The position numbers were made by a program, and so were the translations under genes. A stretch of DNA of 64,000 nucleotides from Cladosporium halotolerans (lineage: Eukaryota), in contig NW_027191457.1 in NCBI RefSeq assembly GCF_011745625.1, positions 620,001 to 684,000 on the forward strand. The letters are read 5' to 3'. The notes beneath the pieces are model-generated. The model had not been told where the DNA came from and did no database searches. It was given only the letters and a program-made list of their open reading frames with translations. This document shows, piece after piece, positions 38,330 to 49,596 of this stretch (its first letter is position 1; every line of letters starts with the position of its first letter).

Positions 38330-41159
38330 TCACCCCTTCTCGCCCCCGCCAGCCTCTCCCTCGTCTTTGCTCTCCGGCTCCGCCTTTCTCGTCGTTGTCG
38401 AAGGCTTGATCGTGAACCGGCCGATGCTGCCCTGGTTTTTCGTCTTCAGACTGCCCTTCCGCCTCAGCATGTGCCCGCCACCGTTTCCGTTCCCGTTCGT
38501 AGGCGAAGCGGCCGCCGCGTCGCCGTTCGGCTGCTCGCTGAGCGAAGCGTCGCCCAGCCGGCTGCTGACGCTCGCGGCGGAGCTGTTGCGGCGCTTGACG
38601 CCGGAGCCGCCGCTCATGAGCTTGCCGAGCTCGTCGTCCTCGTCGTCCTCCTCGCGGCGGCGCTTGACAGCGATAGACTCCGGCGGGGACTGGCGGCCGG
38701 GCGAGCCGTCGATAGGAACAGGCTTGCGGTCGCGGCCGCGGGCGGGTTCTTGCGGAGAGTCGATCTCCGCGGATTCCGGCGCGCCGTCGGTGGAGGTCGG
38801 GTCGCTGCTGCTGCTGTTGCTCTTCTTGTCTTTGAGGGGGTCGGGGGAGGACGCGAGGATATCCATGTTGTCTTCTTCGTCGTCCGGGTAGCTGACGAGG
38901 GGGCGCATGGGGCTTGCGCCGTTGGTGAGATTGACTTTGGCGGTGGTGGGGAGGCCGTTATCGTCGTCTTCTTCGCCTTCCATGTCATCGTCACCGTTGA
39001 AGTATGCTTCTTCTTCTGCGTCGGGTTCTTTGAGGCCGTCGCCAAAGCGCTGGCTGTTGTTGATGCGTTGAGGCGTTCCCTCTTGTGTTGTGAAAGATTC
39101 CTCGGCAGGTGGAGGAGGTGCCTGCAGCTGCTCGTATTTATGGATGAGCTGCTGGAATGTGTTCACGTAAGTGATCCCAACGAGGCGCTCCCGGTAGTGC
39201 TCGACCAGGTGGACGACCAGTTGCTTGATGTTCTCACGCTTGATGTACTCGAAGAGCTCCAAACAGACCGAGTTGAGCAAATTGTCCCGCGGCATGGTCT
39301 CATAGACTATGTTGAGAATAGGCTCGAACAATTGGTGCTGGATCAACTGACGGTTGTGGAATTCGTCCTGGAGTCCGATGCAAACCCGGAACCATTTCAG
39401 TGCCATCAGTTTGATGTACTTCTGTGGGCATGAGAGTAGCTGCGCCACGCGAGAGTGCAGATTCTCTGCGAGGATGAAAAGCTTGCTCTTGTAGGTGTGC
39501 TGCCTCACGAAGAAGCAGAGTATCTCAATCAGGTGAGTGTAAAGACTCGTCTCTTGAACTGGGAGTCCGAACATAGACGTCTTGAACTCGAGATCCTTCA
39601 GTGGCTGAAAGAGTCTCTTCGCGCTGTCTTCATAGAAACTCGAGATGAAAGCGTCCGTCTGGGGCGCAAGAGTGTTGTGCGGTCCCGACCCGCGCTGCTT
39701 CTGCACAAATTCTCCATTCTGAGCCCTATTCATCATGTCCATTTGTGCTTGTGTCGTGCTCGGGTCCAGTAAAATCTTGATCGCGTCTGCCATTTGGCTT
39801 TTGACTCCAAGGTCGACCTCCACCAGTAAGAGCTCGATCAAAGTGTCCGTGAGTGGCGTGGTCTTCTCCTTGATGGCATTGAAGATCTGCATCCTCACCA
39901 TTTGAGGGTCGTGATCGATCAATGACACCAGGATATCCGTTCCAGCCACTCGTACTGCTGCATCGTGGTGGCGCAGCGCGAACATGATCACAGAAAACAG
40001 ACCGAATTGAATGAAGTTGTTGTACAAATGCGCCCTCGACTGCGCCTGGATATTTTTGGAAACTGCGCAGCAGTTTTGAATGAATAGCACGCCTTCCCGT
40101 TTCCGTACAGCGTTTTGTTCGTCGGGGCCGAAGATGGCAAAGAGCTCTCGCAGGAACTTCTCGTTCGACTGAAGGAAGTTGACAATGTCGACTTGGTGAA
40201 AGAATATGAGTGAATTGAGCACAGAGAATGTCGGATCGTCCAGTATCCGAGCGAGGACAACGTCCTTAAGGTATAGCAGACGGTATGTATAGTGAATCTT
40301 CCTTCGTATCTCGTCGTTGTCGATTTTGACGACCTGCTTGAATTTTGAGGAATCCGAGAGGTATTGTCGGTGGTTTGCGCGGTGTGACGGGAAGTCGGGG
40401 TCATCTGTTGCTCTGTCAGTAATCAAGTCGTATCACCTAGGTCTACAAACCCTCACATTCGAGTGCACCAACGACACCCATGACCGCTTGATCTGTCACC
40501 ACAAACTCAATGATCGAAGTGTCGTTCAGCAAAATGAGGTGTTTCATGATCGTGCACAATCGGTGCAAGTCGGGCAAAGACTCCAGGTCCTCTGCCATTT
40601 CCACCAGAGGCGCGAGTTTGAGAATGTATTGCTGCTCAGGGTTCATGATGAACTTGATGACGGCATCGCGCCCAGGCTGCGACAGCGACACTGCGCGAAT
40701 TGTATTCTCGATCTCATCCAGCTTTCCGAGCTGAGGTTCAGGCAGGCTGAAAGGATTCATAGAGTCCAGTAAATCGTCTGATAGCCCATCGTCCGGGCCT
40801 GAAAGCGCAGCCAGGCGCGACTGCACGTCCGAGACGAACTCCCAGATGGACGAGCAGCCCTCGGCCTCTTGAAAACTCAGCGCCATATCTACTCCATTCG
40901 CCTCGGTCCACACGATCAGCGTCTCTTGCTGCTTTTGATATCCATCGTCCTTGGTGATGCGCGTCTCCAGGAGCGCGCGCTCAGGCTCGTCTTCGCTCAC
41001 GACGACGATGTGCGCGTCCAGGTGGTCAGGCGAAACGTTGGGCCCGGTCAAGACACGGCCAGAGCAGAAGCCGGTGCCGCGGTCGTACCAGTCATTGTTC
41101 TTCAGTTCGTAGACCTTTACTCGCTTGCGCTCGCTGGCCGGCGGAGCGGCGAGAGCCAT
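38330..41159 (-). CDS. PSY2: Protein phosphatase 4 regulatory subunit 3 (Psy2/SMEK); exons 41159-40457, 40404-38330
   Basis: EVH1 domain RVKVYEL...WYDRGTG...QQETLIVW...ALSFQEAEGC, and SMK-1 domain GALEYDPDFP, YLKDVVLARILDD, RDNLLNS. Intron 40456-40405. Confidence 0.95.
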
Positions 41160-42502
41160 CACCGGCGCGGTGGAGGATGCGCAGCTGCTGGCCGCCGGTC
41201 AGCGCGGCTGCAGCGATGCGCGCGATAAGGTGCGACGCGTCTGGGATGCGCCTTCGCGGGTGCTGAGGTGTGAATGCGTGTTGGCGCCTGGCGAGCGAGT
41301 GCGCCGGGCAGAGTCGGAAATGGAGAGGGCGCGTAAGTGTCGGCGGGTGACGGCGCAAGCGGTGCGACAGCGGAGGCGCACGCAGGTGGTTGAGGCGACG
41401 GGCGCGCGGCAGGTGAGCCAACGTCGCGTGACTGGAGAGTGTACACGGCGGAGCGGAATGCGCGAAGGGGTGGTGTCGGCGGTGGTGTTGCAAATCAGAG
41501 TGACGCCATGCGATGCACCCACCGTTAGGTCGCGTGTGGTCGGCGGCGGCAGCGGCGGCGGCGGCGAAGAAGCTCGCGGCGGCAGCCCTGAGCCTCTGAG
41601 CCTGATGATCTGACGCTTCGGCTTGGGGGACGTGCGGCGATCCTGTGCGCTCGGACGGCACTTTGCGCGCTAGACAATTAGACTTTCTAACCTTCCATCC
41701 AACACCCTGCGGCGGGCGGCGTGTGAAGAGGAGGAGGTGGGTTGCGGAGAGTATAGGATGCGGCAGTATTGCCGTAACGTAACGTGGGTGAGACTGCGTG
41801 CGCGGCTGAGCCTTCCATTCACCTCTTCTCCGCCGTGCGCCATGCGAGCCGACGTCATACGCGCTGCACACCTTCTATTCTCGGCCCAGCGCTTCTTCGC
41901 GTGCACGTGATTGTTTGTGAATGGACTCCATCTGCTTGAGAGGCCTGAGAAGCCTGAGAATATGACGATTCCGTCAATCCTCGGCTCCTCCACGCGCAAG
42001 CAATGTTTCCACGGGTATCTTTGAGCTTTGTCACCAAATTCGCCTCACCGTTTCATCAATGCACAAATACGTCGAGTCGTCCTGATCAGCACACATCGAT
42101 CAATTACACTGTATTGAAACGAAGGATTTTGTAACCACAATACTGCTATGTAGGCTACTGTAGTACAGCTAGGTACAGGACCAAAGCCATTTCCCATGTT
42201 AAAAAAAAAAAAACAAACGCCCTGTAGAGATCGATGAGCTCCGACGCCCCGTCGATCGATGCTTTCATGCCAGTGATCTTTGCCCAAAAGTATTGCCCGT
42301 TGACCGCTTATGCAAATGCCAATGCTCGTGATTCCAGTTCATTCAATGTGTGAGGGAAGCAGGCAGAATATGCTCCTCGCTTCCCAGTCGATGTGTGCTA
42401 TGCAGGTGATACAAAGGGAGGCCAGAAAGGAAGCCTCGAGAGTAATGCCAGGGCCCGGTATTGCGGGCGTAGTTGATCTTTGAGGTTGAAGCCGCGAGGT
42501 GC

Positions 42503-43672
42503 TTACCAGAAAACACAGTTCCCTTCGACCTGCTCCTTCTCCCCCTTCTTCCCATTCTTGCGGTTCTTGCGGCTCTTCGGCTTCTTCTTCTGCTGCTCGC
42601 CGCCAAAGACATCACCTCCATCCTGGCCAGGGTACAAGTAGTGCCCCTTCTTATCGGTCGTCGCCTCGATGACGTTCCAGCCCTTCTGGATCGCAAGCTT
42701 CTTCCAAGCCAGGCGACGCACCAGCTGCATGGGATCGTACTGATCGGCCACCAAGTCCATGTCGAGCAGGACGAGAGAGATCTTCAGGCCACGGGGGCAC
42801 TTGGCGAGATGCTCGAAGAGAGTGCGCGGCTTCGGGTCGATGCTAGACGACTCGAGCTCGACCATGCAGGAGATGACCATCTTGTACTCTTCCAGAGAAC
42901 CGTGCTTGCCCGTAATAGTGCGCTCGATGGGGTACATGTTCGCCAGGTGGCCCTGTTCGTTCAGGCCCACCTGCTTGAGCCAGTAGCCAAAGTTTTCAGC
43001 GTAAGTCTTGGAGTCACTGGCTCTACGATCATCAATCTCGTGACGGGACTGCACAGGCGCGTGCTGGGTGATCTTCTCCAGGCGGCAGGTATTAGCCTTG
43101 CCGATGGTCTTGCAGAACGCGCGAAGGATGTCGTGGCCGGAAAAGGAAGAGAAACGAAACTCGTTCTGCCCGTAGAAGACGCTCGCCGCCTCGGCGTTGA
43201 TAGCCTTGTTGACGCGAAGGAGGCGTAGAGCAGGCTTGACATGCAGCTTGTACAGGTGATAGTCGGCCTTGCGAATACCGTTGCTGTACGTGCGCAGGGA
43301 CGATTTGGTGGCAAGCTCGATGCTGCCAAAGTTCAGGGCGTACCCGTAGATCTTGTTCCTGATCTCGCCGGGGAGATCCTGGAAAGAGATGGTCTGACGC
43401 TCGCGCGGGTCGGCCTTCTGGAACTTGCGCTCGCCGTACAATTTGGCGAAGCGCCGGTATGGGCCCAAGGATGCAGCATCCCAGTCGTAATGCTTCACAG
43501 TGCGCGCGTTGAGGTCGACTTGAACGGCAGACCACGCGTGCTTGCCGACGCGCAGAGGGCTGGTCGGGGCCGCATTGTTCCCTGCGGCCTTTCCGGTTCC
43601 CTTAGCGGTGCTGTGGTCTTTGCTGTTGTGGACATCAGGCTTGATAAAGTTGAGGGGAGTATTGAACCCCAT
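42503..43672 (-). CDS. Fungal hypothetical protein with F-box-like motif and Lys-rich C-terminus
   Basis: 389-aa ORF with strong codon bias. Motifs 'SFQDLPGEIRNKIYGYAL' and 'LLRVNKAINAEAASVFYGQNEFRF'. Confidence 0.75.
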   Translation of the reverse strand: MGFNTPLNFIKPDVHNSKDHSTAKGTGKAAGNNAAPTSPLRVGKHAWSAVQVDLNARTVKHYDWDAASLGPYRRFAKLYGERKFQKADPRERQTISFQDLPGEIRNKIYGYALNFGSIELATKSSLRTYSNGIRKADYHLYKLHVKPALRLLRVNKAINAEAASVFYGQNEFRFSSFSGHDILRAFCKTIGKANTCRLEKITQHAPVQSRHEIDDRRASDSKTYAENFGYWLKQVGLNEQGHLANMYPIERTITGKHGSLEEYKMVISCMVELESSSIDPKPRTLFEHLAKCPRGLKISLVLLDMDLVADQYDPMQLVRRLAWKKLAIQKGWNVIEATTDKKGHYLYPGQDGGDVFGGEQQKKKPKSRKNRKNGKKGEKEQVEGNCVFW

Positions 43673-45297
43673 GTTGATGATTAATCAGGATGCCGGTGGT
43701 GATGATGTGAGGTGCTCGATGGAGAATTGGTGTTGTTGATGACTGCAGCCTGTCGGAGGCGCAGATGGTGATGGCCTTGGTCGTGAAAGGAGATGGAGAT
43801 GGATGTCGTTGTTCAGAGGGGAGAGGTGGTTGGTGGGAGAAGAATGGTGGGCAGAGTGCGGTGTATTTATTGACGGAGGCTGCGGCTAGCGCGCGCGGCA
43901 AGTCGTAGTCAATCAAAGGTGAAGTGAATGTACAACAAACGCTCGCAGCATTAAGCTCGGTCATGGCTTTTCCACGCGTCGCCAGTGACTTCAGCTCTAC
44001 CAGTCGGTCAGTACAGCTGGGTAAGCATTTGGACAGATGAAATCGTCGTGGATCTGATTAGAGAATACCAATACAAAACCAGATGTCCGTGTCCCTCTGA
44101 CAAAGGCGTTGAAATCGGGTCTGCTTTGTTATCGTTCCGCAAGCACCACTTTCGCACCAACGTCGATGGATCATGCAGTGTCCGGCCGGGGGCACCGTGC
44201 AAGGATACGTCCCCAATCAAAGGTCTTGACAGCAAGGCTAAAGGTAAGAAACCATATGGCAAAAGACGTTATCTGAGCGTCTGGCGACCTGATGAGGCTT
44301 TTGAGGACGTGGACACCCTGTTTTTCGAAGGAACGCGAACCTGGACACCGAATCACTCTCGAAACTTCGCGGTATTGCTGTTAAATTTTGAACTTTATGA
44401 AGCAAAGAAGAGCACGGGGATGACCATATACCATATTGATGCTTGTCGTTGGAATCGATGGGGCCTGTTCCACCCGCAAGCGCCGGGGCAGACGCGGTTT
44501 CCTGGAGTTGACGGCAGCCCCTTTCCCTAAGACAATGTTATTGTTGCCTCATCGGATGGATATCGTTCATAGTATGAAGACATTCAAGCGACTGAAAGCA
44601 GGGCCCACAAGCTGTCACCTGCAAGCGTACCTCCACGTTGAAGTGTCAGCCACAAGGCGGCGGCCCCCTTCGCTCGTGAGCCGCGGTTTGATCGCTTTTG
44701 CATGAAGAAAAGACTATTAAACGCCTTTGAAATTCCTGGAAGTACAGCACAAAGGCGCTCAGCAGAAGCGAGTGCTTTCTTGCTTTGCAAGGGGCCTCGC
44801 CAGTCGCTTCCCATTCCATTTCGATGCTGGCTGGAGGTGATGCGCGACAAGATTACAACCGGTAGCCTTTGAAGACGATCAGTTCTTCCCGCATTACTTT
44901 GATTATCACCAACGATCCAAGTCATTGAGCCGAAAGAGCATATTCTGTGTTACAGCCAAAAGTGAAGTCTGCATAAACCCTTGACCCTCGACCGGCCCGC
45001 CAAGCTGCTGTGACCCTTCTTCAGGCGCGCGTCCGCGTCCGCGACGCGCGCAACGTCAAGCAAAGCCCGCGCCCTCGGCTCGCAAAGAAAACAAACCTAC
45101 CTAAGGTACAACCACCACAAGGCACCGTTCACCACCCCGCGCGCTACGCCCCCGCTGAACCAAATCAGCATCCGGCCGCGCACAAAAGCGCTCCCACAAC
45201 CTCCGCGCATCCACCACCTCCACCACCACCAGCGCCCACCTACTCTCAAACCAACGCCTCGAGACCTCCAACAACACCCACAACACCCACGCCCAGC

Positions 45298-46011
45298 ATG
45301 GCCACAAACCCAACCCCCTTCCCCAGCCGCCCCTACCCCTCCACGCGCGCCCCCCAACCCTGGCCCAGCACGACGCCCTTCGCGCAACCGCCCACCAGCA
45401 ACCCCCAACCCCCCAAAACCGCCCAACAACACGAAGCCGCGCGCCTCGAAGCCGCCCGGCAAGAGACCGCCGAGCGCGCGCGGCGCGAGGCGGCCTCCGC
45501 ACAAGCCCTCGAAGCCCTCTCCGAAGAGCAGCGCGAGGAGATCAACGAGGCGTTCAGCCTGTTCGACCTGGACAAGGACGGGCGGGTGGACTACCACGAG
45601 CTGAAAGTGGCGCTGAAAGCGCTGGGGTTCGACCTGGCGAAGAGCGAGGTGCTGGCGATGCTGCAGGCGCACGGGACGCCGGCGTCCGGAAGGGGGGAGC
45701 GAGGAGGGCAGGGAGGGGGAGTGTCGTTTCTGGGGCCGGACAGGCTGCTGCTGCCGCACGGGGCGTTTGTGAATTTGGCGGCGGGGATGATTGCGGCGCG
45801 GGATCCGAGGGATGAGATTCTGAGGGCGTTTGATTTGTTTGATGCGGGGGGCAATGGGATGATTAGGCTGGAGGATTTGAGGAGGGTTGCGAAGGAGTTG
45901 GGGGAGGGGTTGTCGGATGAGGAGCTGCAGGCTATGATTGAGGAGTTCGATGTTAGAGGGGAGGGAGGAATTGATAGGGATGCGTTTTTGGGTATTTGTC
46001 TGGGGACGTGA
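45298..46011 (+). CDS. CDC31: Centrin (Cdc31), EF-hand spindle pole body protein
   Basis: [38 protein letters not shown] and [11 protein letters not shown]...[10 protein letters not shown]...[10 protein letters not shown]. First in-frame ATG at 45298. Confidence 0.93.
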   Translation: MATNPTPFPSRPYPSTRAPQPWPSTTPFAQPPTSNPQPPKTAQQHEAARLEAARQETAERARREAASAQALEALSEEQREEINEAFSLFDLDKDGRVDYHELKVALKALGFDLAKSEVLAMLQAHGTPASGRGERGGQGGGVSFLGPDRLLLPHGAFVNLAAGMIAARDPRDEILRAFDLFDAGGNGMIRLEDLRRVAKELGEGLSDEELQAMIEEFDVRGEGGIDRDAFLGICLGT

Positions 46012-46349
46012 GAGGCATACGATTTGAATGAGGGAGGGCAAGGTTTCTTTCATGGCAGGGGTTACAGTGCGGAGGACTATTATTCAGCGAGGGCGCACTC
46101 GGTGCATCATGGTTGTGATGGGCTTTTGTTTATTCAATTGGATTTCAAAGTGCAATTGGGAGAGGACACCGAAGACGTGAACGAATGCAGAAAGGTTGAG
46201 GATTGATGATAGCTAATTACTTGAAATGCATGGCCTGTTCGGCTCTTATAGCAGACTTGAATAGTAGATCATGATCTGGATGTACTCGTCAGCAACAATA
46301 CTAGGAATGGTGTTCACTGAACAGGATCCAAAGATGCGCTGTGAGAGTT

Positions 46350-46440
46350 GATGTCAGAGTAAGGGCCCGGTCAGGGGCCATTCTCATCAAAGCAGAGCTA
46401 TGTCGACCGTCGTGAGATTGTTTAAAAATCATCCTTGTAT
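46350..46440 (-). ncRNA. snR73: Box C/D snoRNA snR73 (U35-like)
   Basis: AGGATGA C-like box (46435-46429), C' TTGATGA, D CTGA (46357-46354). 13-nt guide TCTCACGACGGTC is antisense to 25S GACCGUCGUGAGA (Cm2959). Confidence 0.88.
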
Positions 46441-46624
46441 GCTCGCAGCGCATGTTTGTATCAGAAAAGGAACTGTGGAACGTACCCTTTACGATTCATT
46501 TGAGTGTTCAAGCCGATGCGGACAGCCAAGCTTATTGCAGAATGCCTTCAGAAGCAACCCTGTCTTTTCACAATGTCAGCCATGACTCGAGCAGGCAAAC
46601 AATTTGAACAGTTGAGCGAGGAAG

Positions 46625-46716
46625 TGTATCAGTTAGAACACTTTTCGTCTTAGCCAACGGTCAAGAAGGCTTGGACATATGCTTGTCTTTGGTGTATGGT
46701 TGGATCATCATATGAT
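46625..46716 (-). ncRNA. snR74: Box C/D snoRNA snR74 (U27-like)
   Basis: ATGATGA C box (46711-46705), D CTGA (46632-46629). 13-nt guide AGACAAGCATATG is antisense to 18S CAUAUGCUUGUCU, and the +5 rule gives Am28. Confidence 0.92.
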
Positions 46717-46870
46717 AGCAAGGCTAGATGTTTGACTTACCAATGCGTGATAGCGAGCTGAGGGTGGGAGACGGAATAATAGAGCAGAACTCCCTGTGGC
46801 CTTGATGTCTGTTAGCCTTGGTTTCAACACGCGACGACAATGTAGTGTGAAAAGAAGTATTGGTATAGAC

Positions 46871-46961
46871 CAATTTCAGTAAGGCATGAATGGTATAAAA
46901 AATGTTTTTGTCTGCATCGGCAAGACCGAATGAGACTCGTCATCAAGTATTCATCAGGTAG
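46871..46961 (-). ncRNA. snR75: Box C/D snoRNA snR75 (U15-like)
   Basis: C box CTGATGA (46957-46951), D CTGA (46879-46876). Guide GATGACGAG is antisense to 25S CUCGUCAUC (Gm2288), with a second element CCATTCATGC antisense to 25S GCAUGAAUGG. Confidence 0.9.
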
Positions 46962-47116
46962 AGGTGGGAAGAGTAAGAAAAGTTTGCGAGCACTTACCAA
47001 GCCGTCGGTAGGATGGCCGTATATGTGCAGTCCGAAAACCTACTTGAGAAGTCTATCAGGCGAGTCAGCAAGATGCCCAACAGCCTTCAAATGTGTACAC
47101 AAAGATGGAGACAAAG

Positions 47117-47210
47117 TAGGATCAGTGGACGAGGTTTTCTAGGCCTGTCACAAAGTGGCGTCTCTGCTCATGAATTTGATTCGGAGCCCAGTGCCGTTTC
47201 ATCAAAGAAT
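47117..47210 (-). ncRNA. snR76: Box C/D snoRNA snR76
   Basis: TTGATGA C box (47205-47199), D CTGA (47125-47122). Guide GCACTGGGC before D' CCGA is antisense to 25S GCCCAGUGC (Cm2197 region). Confidence 0.85.
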
Positions 47211-47661
47211 TGAGGGTAGACAAAAAGTGGGAGACTAACCCAAGGGTGGTGTTGACCAGACTGGACAAGATCATGCTGCAGCAAAATCTGCAAACAATCG
47301 ACTGAAGCCATTGGAACTACGCATGACAGCGTAGCATCCAGTATCCTTCCGCTCCAAGCGGGTATTTGTTCCCGATGTGTTGTGCAGACTCATGGCTGCT
47401 TTTTACGGCGAACCATTGTCTAGCAGCGCTGTGACCGCCATGCAAATGCGTCTGAATGATGAGAGCTTTCACCAAAAACCGACAGAGGTAATGGGGATCA
47501 CGCGTAAAGGTCAGTCTCGTAGAGCACCTTGTCGCGGCACAGCATGCTTTGTCCATAGCTCGATCGGTGCCGAGGCGGGAGTGCAATGCGGAAGTCCTAA
47601 TGTCTTTTCATCCTGTCAGCGAATATTCATGCAAGCCTTGAAGTAGATGCATGGTAGGATT

Positions 47662-47769
47662 GCAAGTGAAATCAGTATAGCCTAATATCGCCAGCGACCT
47701 GAGTAAAGGTCTCGGCCGGTAATTCCATTGTATAGCGTATTTATAGTCCAAATATTCATCATCACTTGG
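47662..47769 (-). ncRNA. snR77: Box C/D snoRNA snR77
   Basis: GTGATGATGA C box (47765-47756), D CTGA (47675-47672), CAAGTG/CACTTG stem. Guide TGGAATTACCG before D' CCGA is antisense to 18S CGGUAAUUCCA, and the +5 rule gives Um578. Confidence 0.9.
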
Positions 47770-47946
47770 TGGGGAGGGTAGAAGAGGATTGTCGCGAACT
47801 GACCTGGACGAGGTTGCATGCAGATGACTCTGCTCGGGTGTGGTGCGATCATATGTCGGCTGGGTGTTGGGAAAAACTGCTGCACTGCGTTGCTTGTTAG
47901 CCAATGGCTCAGGTGTAGACATGGCAACGAGCAAGGAGAGAGCGAC

Positions 47947-48044
47947 TTTGATATCAGACTGACGTGCAAGTTGCGTTTCAGTCCTCCGAAGAGGTCAAAG
48001 ACTCTAGTTTGATTGCGGTTGATTGTTTTTTTCATCTCCAAAGA
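47947..48044 (-). ncRNA. snR78: Box C/D snoRNA snR78 with additional snR72-type guide
   Basis: C-like GAGATGA (48038-48032), D CTGA (47957-47954), terminal CTTTG/CAAAG stem. D' guide CAAACTAGAGTC is antisense to 25S GACUCUAGUUUG (Um2421). D guide TTGCACGTCAG is antisense to 25S CUGACGUGCAA (Am876). Confidence 0.87.
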
Positions 48045-48910
48045 GATCGAGGAAGGATTGGTGTGGAGGGGATGCCATCGTACCTTAGCAGCTGCTACAG
48101 CTTTTCAAACCATGCTGTCCGGTTGGAGCAATCTCTGTGAGACTGCAATATCACGCGGAGGTGATTGTTTGCGAATGCAAATAGTTGGTATGAGAGTGGG
48201 AGGAGGTTGTCCATCGTGAAGCAAAATACGAAGCTGCTCGCTGTGCCAAGTCCAGCTAAGCCGGATTCAGATGCCGCCCGCGGCGCTCACGGCCATGAGC
48301 CTTGACGATAACTGCGGTTGATGGCTGAGGTTGTCATCTGTTCGTCTTGATCCATTCCGAGGCGAAAACGTTTGTCCGTTTCGGCGTACCAAGAAGATCT
48401 CGACAGAGTGCTCAGTTTATCGCTATTTTCGCGCGCATGGTGCGACAGACATTGGCAATTGGGGAAGCAATCTACGTGCATTCGACCGCGACATTCTCAG
48501 GCTCGCCGGGCCGACTCGAAAGAGAACTAGAAAGCAGCTGTTGCTTGAGCTAAAAAGCAGGATCGATCTTGCAAATCGAGTGGTGCTTTTTTCGGAACTG
48601 GTAGCGCAGTCTGGAGACGTTCATCGCAAAGTCCACCGGTTGAAGGCATATCCTTCCTGTTCTTGAAACGACGCATGTACCTACCATAATAGCTACATTC
48701 GAAGCACGTTCGTGAGAGTTCTGCGCATGGTAGTAAAGTATATGCAGACCACTTCGAAGCGACCCTCAGGTAGGTAGCCCAGTAGGGCGATAAGCATTCC
48801 TGCAGGCCCTGTGGAGTGGGCGCTTAGACCGGTTGCCTTTGTTCACCGCATGACAGGGAGACGATGCGACACGTTCTGGCATCGCTCATCTCCCACGAGA
48901 TACCTCAATA

Positions 48911-49011
48911 CCGACGATGATGATGCAGCGAAGTAGATAGTCTGACACATCGAACCATAGCATTTACCGTGCTATTAAGGCGATGATATACACGAAAGCG
49001 TCCTGAGTCGG
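48911..49011 (+). ncRNA. Candidate orphan box C/D snoRNA
   Basis: CCGAC-g-ATGATGA...CTGA(D')...ATAGCA/TGCTAT hairpin...CGATGA(C')...CTGA-GTCGG. All four boxes are present plus a 5-bp terminal stem in k-turn geometry. Confidence 0.5.
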
Positions 49012-49596
49012 ATGCGACAGCAAGCAAACGGGGCTAGCGGGCTACCCCGCGCCCGTCTGAGCCTATCAAGAGGCAGAAGCGGCCCAAGACAGCAGGCCAT
49101 TCAGCGACGGCAGCTGCAGGTATCATGCAGCAAGGTGCATCATCCCCAGCCATCTCCTCCTCTCGTCCTCTGCCCCGTCCGTCTCAGGCCCGGCACGACA
49201 GATCGGGGTGGCTGGTCGCGGCCACGCCCGCCGTACCTGCGTGTGTAGAACGAACAATCCTCTTCGCTGCCCGTCGACATCCTCATTTTCCCGAGCAGAC
49301 GACAAGGAAGCATCAGGCTGCAGTGTCACTTTCGCGACACTCAGACACGCATCGCCCTCGCGTGCCAGGCTAAACGAGACATCTGCCCGCCCGGTGCAGC
49401 GCATATGCCACCCAGCCCCATTCACTCCCCCTCCCGAGCGCACTTCACCATTGCGACACACCTTTCCTGCACGTCTCAGCCCTACTGCAATCGCTGCTGC
49501 CGTACTATCTACCATCTTCCTCTCTTGTACCGCTACATCTGAACTGTCGAGCCTCACGCACCATCGCAAACGTATCGCAAGGAACCCCGCAACCGC

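Larger units (their letters stand above)
46200..48150 (-). ncRNA. Spliced non-coding snoRNA host gene (snR78-snR73 cluster); ends approximate
   Basis: Six introns with canonical donors (48083 GTACGA, 47803 GTCAGT, 47239 GTTAGT, 46997 GTAAGT, 46740 GTAAGT, 46485 GTACGT) and CTRAC branch points. Each contains one C/D snoRNA. No recognisable coding frame in the exons. Confidence 0.88.

Noticed and set aside
43985..44530. 181-aa ORF between the hypothetical gene and centrin
   Set aside because: GTG start, no codon bias and no recognisable motif. Donor-like GTAAG sites are present but no coherent gene model could be built.
46200..48700. Lower-GC stretch with short ORFs, first suspected to be a degenerate transposon or pseudogene
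   Set aside because: No transposase/RT motifs or terminal repeats. Mostly explained by the snoRNA host gene.
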